The position numbers and the translations under genes were made by a program. Below are positions 40,601 to 51,641 of a stretch of 64,000 nucleotides of DNA, in pieces (position 1 is the first letter of the stretch; the number at the start of each line of letters is the position of its first letter). A model generated the notes under the pieces. That model saw only the letters and a list, made by a program, of their open reading frames with translations, had not been told where the DNA came from and did no database searches. The stretch is taken from NCBI RefSeq assembly GCF_963853765.1, contig NC_088855.1, forward strand, positions 49,600,001 through 49,664,000, read 5' to 3'. Origin of the DNA: Magallana gigas (lineage: Eukaryota).

Positions 40601-43600
40601 GCTTTTGTTCTGCTGACCATGCAACTCGCAACAAATACATGTATACACAACACCTGTATTTTCATTTTTAAAAGAATTGAGAAAGTGCATTAAATATTTT
40701 ATTGAGTTTTGATTGAAGATGTAAGGAAATAAACTTAATTTATTTAACAATTATTATTATGAACAGTTATATTAATTTTTTAATTTTAATTGCACAAATT
40801 ATAAATGATAGCCTAATTTAAAGTCTGTTATCTTGTGTTCGATACCTCTGTTTACCCTGTTTCAGAACAGAGATTTATATAGAAACAAGGGTCTGTAACC
40901 CTCGAAACCCTTGTAACCCTGTTTCAGAACAGAGCTTAGTATAGAAACAAGGGTCTGTAACCCTTGTTTCTATTGTAACCCTTTTTCAAAACAGAGATTT
41001 ATATAGACACAAGGGTCTGTAACCCTCGTTATATTGAAACAAGGGTCTGTAACCCTCGTAACCCTTGTAACCCTGTTTCAGAACAGAGATTTATATAGAA
41101 ACAAGGGTCTGTAACCCTCGTAACCCTTGTAACCCTGTTTCAGAACAGAGCTTAGTATAGAAACAAGGGTCTGTAACCCTCGTTATATTGAAACAAGAGT
41201 CTGTAACCCTTGTAACCCTTGTAACCCTGTTTCAGAACAGAGCTTAGTATAGAAACAAGGGTTTGTAACCCTCGTTATATTGAAACAAGGGTCTGTAACC
41301 CTCGTAACCCTGTTTCAGACCAGAGATTAGTATAGAGACATGGGTTAGTTAGTATATACAGAATTTCAAGCATGGTTGAAGTTAAAATTAGGAAGGGTAA
41401 ATATCATATTGGTTTGGTTTCGTTTGTAACTGGGTTACAGAATTGCTGCACTGGGAAACTGTACTGTATTCTTGCCATATATGAAAATTTCACATGGCTC
41501 CTATGATAAAAACATGTAATTTGCCATTAACTTTTTTCCAATTTAATGATAATGATTTTTTAAAATTATAACAGTTATCTATTTCATGTCTACAAGTTGA
41601 TTTTTTATTAAACAAGCTCAATTTTTTTTTCAGACTTCAACAAGAACTCATGACTTTATTGGTAAGTAACAATGTAACAATCATGATATTTTTTTTCGCA
41701 ATCATTTCTCTCTGTCTTCTCACGGGCCGCCAATAAGCCGTTAAATGTAGGGGATGAGAGAGAGAGAGAGAGATCGAGAAATGTACACTATCTACGTGTG
41801 TATATCATTATAGATAGATAGATAGGGTATATATCTCTCTCTTTGGAATTCCCCTATAGTATAGCCTATTTATAACGGCTTATTGATAAAAATTCAGAGG
41901 CCTGTCAGGGCATAATATCCCTAGCATGCGGGTCCTGTAAAAGGACCCACTTCCAATTGAAAATTGACTGTTTTATTCAAAATCTAATTAAAAATTCCAA
42001 AAATAACTGTTTCGTATTGTTTTATAAAAGATAGGATGCTGATTTTGATGCTATACTGACTCGAGTGAAACATCCTTATATGTGTCAATTAAAATATTAG
42101 AGTGTTCTGTTATAAAAGTATGGTTTACTATGATTAAAGCATTAATTTAATGATTAAACGCGTAATATGCAAATGAAAATCAAAAAAACTGTATAGAATT
42201 TTTGGTTTTTTTGCTAATTTGCATTGAGCCTTATTTGTTAAACTATTTTCCCAAAAAAGCAATATTTTGACAAATTCCCAATTGAAAGGGTACAGGACCC
42301 AGTCCCAAAAAGGGTCAATTAAACCCTTCCTTTGGTCTTCTCTGATTGATATACTTTGTTGCCCAAATGACTTGTGATGTAAAATACAATTAATATTGCC
42401 CAAGCATTGAAAAGTGAATTCTTCATGATGACATTTGAGAGCTGTACTGACCACCGGATATGCAACAAAAAATGGACACGCTCTCTTATCCTTTGTTAAA
42501 AAGATTTAAAATGACAGCATATTGATAATGATAAGAAATGAATGCTTGAACAGAGAATGTAGATTTTAGGTGTTTTTATATGTATGAGTAATGACATATC
42601 AAGAGATATGATTAAAGAAAATTAACTTTTAGTGGAATGAAGAGTTCTTTATAGTATAAAGAGCTCTTAGACATTAGTCTTAATCAAATCTGTAGGGATG
42701 TAGACAATAGTACACCTTGTCAGCTACCGGTATATGACATTTTATAATGTTCTTGATTTTAACAAGTTTTGACAGGTCAGTAATGCATTGGTTATCTTCT
42801 TATGAATACTCAAAACATGGTTCATTCATACACCATTGTAATTTGTTTTTAAGGCTTTAATCAGGTATAGGTGCATCTACACAGTTATCATAAACATGAT
42901 ATCAAAGGTTCCATTTTCTGGTTATTTGGTGAATGTGAAAATGGGGCAAGAAAATTGTGAAAAATAAAGTGTGACTGTGTCACTACCTCAGTATGCAACA
43001 CACCTAAGAAGAAGCGGTTTGTTCCCGTTTTGCACACATTTGAAAATTAGGAATCGAAAAAATGTGTGCGAAACGGGAATTTGACCAGGTGAGATAATTG
43101 CTTAATTGCTATAGTCTATATCACAATTCCCGCGAGGGCAATTGACAATAAAAGAAAAAATACATATCTACTCGCAATTGAAATTAACATGTATTTTATG
43201 TTACAAATTATATAACTTGCATAAAAGCACATTTACATAATAATTGACATCCATATTCAAGAATTTGATTTCAAGCATCAATTTGGTCATGAACAATTTC
43301 ATTATTTTTTTTTAAAAAGAAAGATTATTGCAAAAATGTTGAATATGTAGCGCCTTTGTTTAACTTAATGCCTATAGGAAGTACATGTACATGCTAAAAG
43401 TTTGAAGAGAAAATATCTATATGTTAATATTTAATTATAATTGCTTTTGCTGACATAAATGGAAGAAATGTGTCTTGTGAAAACGCTGCTAAATATTTTT
43501 CATTTATGTTGTGTTATATCTTGAATAATTGAAGAAATTAGACAAACTGTATGATGATAAATAGGCAATTTTATATGCATGCTTCAAAAACTGTAAAGAT

Positions 43601-46600
43601 TATTTCACAAAACCTATCAAATGTAGACCTAATTCATGCATTTTCAACCTTTTTCAGTTTGAGGTATCTCGCATCAATATTAAAATATTTAATTTATTTT
43701 TGTCAGATTTTTTATGTATTTAACCTCTGATTTGAAAAACTAGAAAGTGACCCGCCATATACTAAAGCGGTGATGTCATAAGAACTACTGTCAAGGTAGC
43801 TACTTCAAACATTGAAATATTTTGTGATAAAGATCTGTTTTCTTTCATATTATTCTTTCTGTTGATACCAAACAATCAATTATAAACATGCGTTTTACAT
43901 AATTTGCAATTGTAAAAAGAGACACTGAGTACCCCATGTGACTGTCTTTGTACATGTAGTTTTCCCCTTCATCATATAATTATCCATTGAATCAGCTTCC
44001 AATAGGCTTTGGACCAGCAATAATTCTTAATTCATTTGGTTTTATATTTAAGGTAAATAGACAAAAATGTAAAAGTCAATTCATCTAATCTAATCATTAT
44101 ATTTTTATCAGACTTTTTAAATATAATATCATTATCTTTATTTTATCAAACGAAAAAAAAATGGTGATAGTTATTAGACCTAAAACACAACAAAATATCT
44201 GTATTCTTCTTGTTTTATCGTTCAGGCACTGATAAAACACAGGTAAAAATCCAGGTAAAATATTTGACCGAAAGCAGACTATAATTGCTATCACAACACA
44301 AACCACACCTATTTTTCTGTACCCAATTATCAAATGTGTGCAAAACGGGAACACACCGAAGAAGCCAATCAGCCCCACTCATAGTACCAGTATATATCTG
44401 CCCAAAACAGGAGCACAAAACTGTCAACTGTCAATTATTTATTAAAACAACATGTGTGATTATTAAATTTTTACTTGTTACACCTGCACTAATTATAACA
44501 GTTTATTTTCTGCTTTGAATTATAAATCTGTAAAACACAAAACTTGAAGTAAAAAAAACTGGACTAAAATTTGTACATTAGCAGCTATTATAGAAGTCTT
44601 TTGGAATAGGTGATATCTGGTGAATTTAAGATTCATAAAGTGACACTGAAATGGGAAAGTATGATAAATTGGTTTTGGATGCTTATTGTTAATATCTTTT
44701 ATCCTAAACATAAGTTTTACATTGAACAAACTAAAGAAATGAAGATTATAAATTTGTATTTCCCAGTTTAGTGGAAAGCAGTAGTATTTACCGGGGCGGG
44801 AAATACCGGTAATTACCACCGGTAATTCCCAGCACTGGTATTTCCCGGCCAACCCTCCTTTATTCCTAAATAAAAATCCAAAAAATCTGTTTTACTGATT
44901 TTAAATTTGTTAAAGTACAAAACAAGTGATAATATAATTTTCAGACTAAAGGTGATCCAGGCATATCTGCTTTTCCTGATGGAGACAACCTTTTTAAATG
45001 GATTGCAACCTTGACAGGACCAACAGGAACGGTAAGAAAAAATGTTTTTTTTATCATTAAGCTGAAGTGTAGTTCATCCAATTATCTGACAGGGATTATT
45101 GTACAACCTGCCAGGTTTTAGAATTTATTGAGTAAAAATTCATAATGTATTCCTAAGTTTTTCACAGAATATTTTGATAGCCATTAAGACCTCTAGAGTA
45201 AATAAAGCTGGTAAAATAAGAATCATTGTATCTATTCAATACAGAAGTACTATTGATTCTGACATCTATCATCTATGGAATTTATTTGTATAAAGTAGAC
45301 TCCTCATAAAAAATTTACATCAAAAATATTTATTTTCTAATCTGTCTCATCCTTGTAATTTGTCTTTGTCATACTGCTATTGCTACCTAGGTATATGAAG
45401 GATTAACCTACAAATTGACCCTTGAGTTTCCAAGTGGTTACCCGTACCAAGCCCCTACTGTAAAGTTTGACTCCCCATGCTACCACCCAAATGTTGACCA
45501 GAGTGGTAACATCTGTCTGGACATCCTGAAAGAGAAGTGGTCCGCCCTGTACGATGTCCGCACCATCCTGCTGTCCATTCAGAGTCTTCTTGGAGGTAAA
45601 ATAATATTAGTGTTGTGTTAAAAGCATACATATTAAACTCCAGTGGTGAAAAAAAGGTAGATTTAGAACCAACAAGAGGTAGCATTACAGTCTTTTTTGC
45701 ATAGATTTTAAAACATGTATATATGTAGAGCTATAGGGTCTCTGATTAGAAATTAAAAGGGTATCAACTAAAATTTAAAAAAAGACTTAATCATTATCAA
45801 CATATGCAATAAAAGTTAAAAAATAAGAGAAGTAACTTTAAGAACTGGTTATTAATAGTATGCTCTTTTTCAATATCAAAAATGATGTTTACGTGCTTAT
45901 CACAAATCATGCAGTGTTGCAAAACTTCCTATTCCTTGGCGAGGATATTGACATTTCTTGTAACTAATGTAATCATGGGAAATGAATTTGGTCATCGTTC
46001 AATGTAAAACACATGCTTGAAATCCAATCATTCATAAGCAGTAAACAGTATGCCCCCAATCAGGGCCATCACTCCCCTCAAATTTGAACCGGATATCGGA
46101 CCCATTCCCAATGGCAAAAAGCCGCGGATTTTCCCAATTTTAGGATAAAAATTCCCAATTGCATTACCAGTAATTACATGTATTAACAACTTGGGAGATT
46201 TGCAAGAGCTGTTTGCTTTTTGGTCAGTACATTTGCTGTAATTGATTAAAGCTGGCTTAATTATATCTCAAATAATCACGCAATTGGGATGATTATTTTA
46301 ATTAAAGGTTCTCACAACTGGACTCAACCCCTGTGGTGAATAAAAAGCCCAACTTTTGGGTCCGTTATACAGTCTTCTGTTATACAGCAGGGCATTACCG
46401 GTGATGCATTTGAAAGTGCTCAGAAATTTATAAAGGATGGTTATAAATTATTGTGATGACAGCTAGTAGCATTGGTTGATATCTTGTAATTAGATAATAA
46501 GCCTTCCAAGTAAATGCTTAGATTATCATGAAATAATTTAGACATCGTTAACAAGTCTTCTGCATTACGGCTGTAATTGAGTCACAGGGTTTTACTAATA

Positions 46601-47601
46601 CCCGTAAATACACAAGATGTCAGTAACATACACAGAATTTTGCTTCTAAGATATTGCAAATATTTAATCTATGAAATAAAGTATAAAAAAAAAAAAAATG
46701 TCCTTTTCATAATTATGAAAATCTTGGTTCCTGAGAACATCATGTGCATGAGCTAGCTGTAAAACTTTAATTAAGAAATGAACAACAGATTTACTAAATA
46801 CAGAAGTCATTTAATGACATATTAAAGTATCTTAAATTTTCCCAATTTGAGAAAAAATGTCGATAATTTTCCCAATGGAGAGGGACCTGGCCCCGTACCA
46901 AAAAGTGCTGTGACAGCCCTGCCAATTCAAGTCGCGAGATTTTTGGACCACAATGGCCTCCAAAACCGTTATTTATAAAAGCAACATACATAACTATATA
47001 TTGATGAAGAGCTATATTTTCTAAAAGCAGTTGGTGGAAGACTGAGTTTAAACTCGATAGACTTATGCGAAAAGTAGTAGAGTTAACATACATGCTAAAA
47101 TCCAGTAAGCATGCATCTTTTAGAAGCATTACTCATGATAATCACTAGTAGGTGGAACAATGTTTCCTGACTGTATTAAGGAGAGATAACCCACTAACTA
47201 AACAGTGTTACACTGGTCCACACCCATTAGCATTGCCGTCATGAGGCAGCTACCATATCACTGGTATAGAAGTGTTTTGCAAATAATAGAAATATATTTT
47301 ACAAATTGTTTAAAAATAAAAAGCAATCGATATATGCTTATAATTTAGAGATGTACCGGTACATGTATACGTATGTTGTAATACATTAATTGGGTTGTTA
47401 AAATAAATTTGATTAAAATGCTACATAAATTTCAACAGCAACTTTAGTATCCTTTTTAATATTGTAAACTTTAAATCAACAGAGCCAAACAATGACAGTC
47501 CATTGAATGGTGATGCTGCCGCCTTGTGGCCAAACCAAGAAACCTACAAGTCTGTGTTGCTGGAGAAATACGAAAAAGATGTCCGCAGTAAACAGTCGTA
47601 G
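28616..47601 (+). CDS. UBE2C: Ubiquitin-conjugating enzyme E2 C (APC/C E2)
   Basis: Exons 28616-28719 ([10 protein letters not shown]...SVSKR), 41634-41661 (LQQELMTLL), 44945-45031 ([18 protein letters not shown]), 45391-45595 ([38 protein letters not shown], catalytic Cys) and 47483-47601 (EPNNDSPLN...*). All GT-AG and frame-consistent. Confidence 0.97.
29050..29990 (+). repeat. Left subterminal array, 62-bp unit with three AGGGTTAC motifs, about 15 copies
   Basis: Unit CTCTGTTCTGAAACAGGGTTACAAGGGTTACGAGGGTTACAGACCCTTGTTTCTATAGTAAG seen directly. Confidence 0.93.
31210..40294 (-). CDS. Spliced gene for a P-loop AAA+-type ATPase/helicase-like protein with an acidic/Pro-rich linker and C-terminal PHD finger; 5' end uncertain or decayed
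   Basis: Minus-strand GT-AG exons 40294-40199 (tentative), 36950-36751, 35814-35683, 35305-35105, 34672-34426, 33867-33712, 33586-33364, 33050-32985, 32575-32507, 32298-32057, 31368-31210. All phases chain; about 564 aa from 36950. Walker A GPPKVGKT, Walker B PFVWDD, sensor-like LVTAN, Arg-finger-like HSRLF; [28 protein letters not shown]. Confidence 0.85.
35879..36354. mobile_element. Kolobok-type MITE in an intron of the ATPase-PHD gene
   Basis: TTAA|GGGGCATGGTCTTGATTTTGGTCAAA ... TTTGACCAAAATCGTCACCATGCCCC|TTTA, an imperfect TIR of about 26 bp. Confidence 0.75.
37330..38100 (-). mobile_element. Degenerate non-LTR retrotransposon (LINE) remnant
   Basis: ORF 37756-38013 resembles the pre-RT region (..[18 protein letters not shown]..). 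KACGLDDIP and [16 protein letters not shown] (LINE C-terminal Cys motif) occur near 37470-37555. Boundaries approximate. Confidence 0.6.
39050..40045 (+). mobile_element. 3' remnant of a LINE (RT C-terminus and Cys motif) with an AATAAA and TTTGTA-type tail
   Basis: [37 protein letters not shown] (ORF 39052-39411), then [36 protein letters not shown] (about 39575-39715); ends AATAAAATATTTGTATTTGTATTT. Confidence 0.8.
40845..41335 (-). repeat. Right subterminal array, inverted copies of the 62-bp unit, about 8 variant copies
   Basis: TGTTTCAGAACAGAG..GAAACAAGGGTCTGTAACCCTCGTAACCCTTGTAACCC is the reverse complement of the left array. Confidence 0.92.
43016..44357. mobile_element. 1.3-kb non-autonomous DNA transposon with Merlin-like ends
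   Basis: TIR GGT(T/G)TGTTCCCGTTTTGCACACATTTGA at both ends, flanked by the exact 8-bp direct repeat GAAGAAGC (43008-43015 and 44358-44365). A 5'-GG TIR with an 8-bp TSD fits Merlin/IS1016. Confidence 0.8.
46061..46921. mobile_element. Probable non-autonomous DNA transposon
   Basis: Ends CAGGGCCATCAC and GTGACAGCCCTG (10/12 inverted match), flanked by CCAAT on both sides; subterminal TTCCCAAT motifs at both ends. Confidence 0.5.
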
Positions 47602-48579
47602 CCAGAGAAATAATGGACACTTCCGTGCAATATCTTCATCTAGCATGTCTGAGACATGCATCAAAAGAGCATAAGTTTATGCTTGTATCACATTATAATA
47701 GAGATAGGAGTGAACTGACAAAAACGTGTGTACTTAACCCACTGGAGGTAGTAGAGGAAAAAAGAACCTTTTTTCTTACCAAAACTATTTAGCCAGATCT
47801 GTTTAAATATCATATTTAAATGACCATATTCTTTTATATATATTTAAATTCTGTATGCATTTCTCTTGACTCCCATCACAAACAATTTTTGTCAGATTAA
47901 GAAACAATTCACAATAGAACAATTGTATATTTTTTTTATTTTCATTAACACATATTTTAATCTGACACATTAACTTTTTGTGGAGAATGATATAGGGTGT
48001 GCGTCATTGTGTATGTGTGCGTAGAATGTGTATGATGTTTGCATTTTGTATTTATTTTAATTTTTTTCATTACTGTTGTACATCTTACTTAACATCGTTC
48101 TTTGAATCTCCCTAACTTTTTCTATCTTTTCTACTACTTTTGGTGTTTATTAAATCTATATGATAGGTTTGATAACTTGTAAAAAAGAATGTACTCATAT
48201 GCCTAATCTTTGGAAAACAGTTGTCAAATATTCCAACAGAATAATTGGAATCCTTTATTGAAAAATGTTATTTCAATAAATTTAATTAAACAAATCTGTG
48301 TTTATTATGTGTGACAATTCAAAACTACATGTAAATTGAATTATTTTTATAGCTACAGTATTTATACTCACAAAAACTAGGGTTAAAGCAGTTTGCCATT
48401 TTGTTTTATAAGTTGCTTCTTTTATAAATTAAAAACTGTCTAACCCAGTTTTTCCTTTATACATTCAGTAGTTATTAAAATTGTTTCTATGTTGTAGCTT
48501 GAAATTCCAAATTTATTCATGAAGGTTTTCTTAAAAGGTCCGACACCTCGTTTGGAGAAGTATTAACTTCATCCATTGG

Positions 48580-51500
48580 TCAATGAATCAGTAAACGAAG
48601 CACTGCTAACACTGTAGCTCCAGCTGTGAGGGCAGTGGCTGGAATAAAATGAAATTTTTATAAACATCGTAGAAATCAAATACATCTTGATATATCAAAT
48701 ATGCCAAACGCTTGTTTTTCATTACAGATTACAGATAGTGATGGAATTAATGGCTATCAATCTACTTTTCTTTGTGCTTATCTTTTTTGACATTTTAGAA
48801 TAATGAACTGATGTAATAAGAGAAATGTTAATGTATAAACTGGCACAATGGCAAATGCCAATACAATGTACATGTAAAATGACATCGGTGCAAATGAATT
48901 TATGCACAACAATATAACACACCCTTGCTGGAACTTATTTTCAATGCACATAATCTCAGAAAACATACCTATTGAGTACCTAAAAACATCATTTTTGTAG
49001 GATTCAAATAATGTCCGAACATTGGCTACGTCGGTTTCAATTTTATTGCGCAGCATCTGAAGGTTCTTTTCATTTTCTGCATGCTAAAAAATATGAATAC
49101 ATGTATGGATATGTACATGAACATTATGTTGTTTAAGTGAACTAAACCAAATTATTCAACTAGCATCCCAAAAAACATGATCAGTAACCAACAGCCTTTC
49201 ATGCATTTGCTTTTTGATTGTGGGGGCCAACTCAAAATTTTTTTTCTAGCTCCCATCAATAATTCGTGGCCTCATCATATTTACATGAAGGAAGCTTTTA
49301 TAGATCATATTCTGAAGTTGTGCAATTAAATACCAGTACATGTATGTACATGTTGCTGAATAACTGGACAATTGCATTTGTATTAAAATTTATTCTTTTA
49401 AAAGTAAAAACTCTCTCTCTCCTTTCTCTCTCCCTGAAGGTACATTATTTCTTCAAACTGCAGTACATCTATTTGTTGTCAGCACAGACAAATAACTAAC
49501 TGACAAATAACAAAGTACAAGCAAGTGATTATTAAATACATGTACTGGTACATTCTGAATTTCACATTAGCTTATGGACCATTATCAGATCCTACCTTTT
49601 CTTCTAATAATACTAAATAATCCTATACATTAACAATAAATTATTTTTTTTCAAAGAAACTATTCTATTGTGATTTCTTACTGCTTCAATTGCCCTGCTC
49701 TTTTCCAAGTTGATATCCAGTCTTACATGGCCCTTAAGTTTATCTAGTTCATTTTCAAGTGCCTTTTTAAGTTGCTGTATTTCCATAGTCTGTTTCTAAA
49801 GAATGATAATACATGTAGATGTAATTATAAACAGATGTGAACATAATAGACAAGACATTTTAAATATTATTCAAATTCTATCTAGAAATGTGTATTTGAA
49901 AAATTCTAAAATTTCCTGGAACTCAAGTATTTAACTAAAAACAAGCTGAATAAGTCATAAAAATTTTCTTTCTAACTAAGCATATAAGGTACCGGTACAT
50001 TCTTTTTTGTCTAAATATATATTGTATGGCAGAAGAAAACTGAATTGATGCCATGCACCATAGAGATAAGCATCATATTTTAAAAATTCAGTTTGCTGTC
50101 ACATTAACAGCTTTCACTTTTTTATTTACTTCAAATGTTTCTATCTTTGAAAAGAGACCAATTTTGCTGCTGTAAATAGGTGAAAGTCTATAACTTTTTA
50201 AAGATAATTAGTTTGTATGGAAGATTATTTGTTAATAGCTAAAAAATCAGCCCAAGCAGCTTTAAACAAACCTCTGTTTCACTTCTCAGCATGGAAAACT
50301 CGCTCTTCTCCAATATCACCAAATCTTTTTTGACAGAGTTTAAGTGGGTCATCATTTGTTGGGTTGTAATCTCCTAAAAAACAAATATAATTCATTTTTT
50401 ATTACCGGGTTATTAACCAGTAGTGTAAATATTTGCATTTCATGTATCCACCTGTCGCTTGTATCAATTATCAATATACTCCAAGTACCTACCAGCTGGG
50501 CTTTTGTAACGAGGACTTTGGTTTGGTGATCTATTGAGGAATGAAGAACCTCTTGTACAATGTCCTTAATAGCCATGGCCTGTTTCTCATCAAAACCTGC
50601 AAAATGATTAAATTTTAAAAAACTGCGAATTAATGTAATGTTCATGTCAGTGTATATGCTGTTGTGCTTCAAAGTGAATTGTTTCACATTTCCTCCAAAA
50701 GCAGTAAACAAAAATGATACATGTAGGTAACTAACCCTCCTTCATCAGCTTTTGTACCACTGCCAGGGTATCAAAGTAATATACCTTTGACTGTATGTTT
50801 CCTAAAGGGTTTATGTTCCGGATCTCGGACACATCAGGAGGTTTAGAAGTGCAATATAATCGCACTGGTGCTGTTACAAAGAAAGAAATACTTTGAGTTC
50901 AAAACGTAATTAAATAAATATCAATATAATCAAAATCCCTGTGGATGAAACTATGCTGATTAAGGTAGTATGGGACATCTCCATATTGTGACATATTGTT
51001 TATCGAAATAAACAATAAAAACAAGTATAATGTTATAGATATTTTTTTACTAAATATTGTCACCTAACAGGCTAGCGCAATGGGTTAGAGCGTTCACTAC
51101 GAACCTGTAGGTCATGAGTTTGAATACCACTGGGAATTTTAATTTTTTTACCTTTCCAAATTTTAAACTTATTTTTTGGAAAAATATTGTTAAATTTTAA
51201 AATTCTAAACCGGTAAAGGTATTTTAACATGTACTGTTATCTACATGAATATCGACAGATGTTCCATGATATCACCTTAAGGAAACATGATGCAATGATC
51301 ACTGTATTGATTATCATTTTCTAACGCTTTTGAATTACACCTGAATTCCTGTTTAAAATATCAAATGTAAAATCATTTGATTAGTGACAATTAGTGACAG
51401 TACTTACGGACGTACCATTGCCAGAAGATGTACAAGCCGATACATTACTATAGTCTGTAGGTACCACAAGTTTATCGACTCTCCTCGTCGATTCTAAAAC

Positions 51501-51641
51501 TTTTAGCGGTCCACTTGATTTTGAGAACTGTTTTAAATCATTAAACAAACATAACTGACATGAAAGCAGTTCTGAAGATATGGGTTTCATCGTCTTTGTA
51601 ATAGTTGTGAAGCGATACGCAATTCTTCTGATACCAGCCAT
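48580..51641 (-). CDS. MCUR1: MCUR1/CCDC90B-family mitochondrial coiled-coil protein (DUF1640)
   Basis: Exons 51641-51416 ([11 protein letters not shown].., presequence-like), 50870-50736 ([12 protein letters not shown]), 50596-50493 (GFDEKQA), 50373-50272 ([18 protein letters not shown]), 49795-49682 (LDINLEKSR), 49083-48969 ([11 protein letters not shown]) and 48638-48580 (C-terminal TM). A single invertebrate gene is probably co-orthologous to MCUR1 and CCDC90B. Confidence 0.92.
50964..51276. mobile_element. TTAA-flanked MITE with a tRNA-like core, in intron 1 of the MCUR1 homologue
   Basis: TTAA|GGTAGTATGGGACATCT ... AGATGTTCCATGATATCACC|TTAA; tRNA-like stretch GGCTAGCGCAATGGGTTAGAGCG..GAGTTTGAATACC at about 51070-51135. 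Confidence 0.7.

Larger units (their letters stand above)
28876..41461. mobile_element. 12.6-kb TA-flanked TIR element carrying an ATPase-PHD gene, inserted in UBE2C intron 1
   Basis: TA|CAGTTTCCCAGTGCGGCAATTTTGTAACCCGGTTACA (28876-28912) versus the inverse of 41425-41461 followed by TA: 34/37 identical. Subterminal 62-bp arrays point inward on both sides. The reconstructed empty site CAG-TA-CTG is palindromic. Confidence 0.8.

Noticed and set aside
41897-42325. hAT-like element related to 46061-46921
   Set aside because: Shares TTCCCAATT and GGACCC motifs but I could not define matching TIRs or a TSD.
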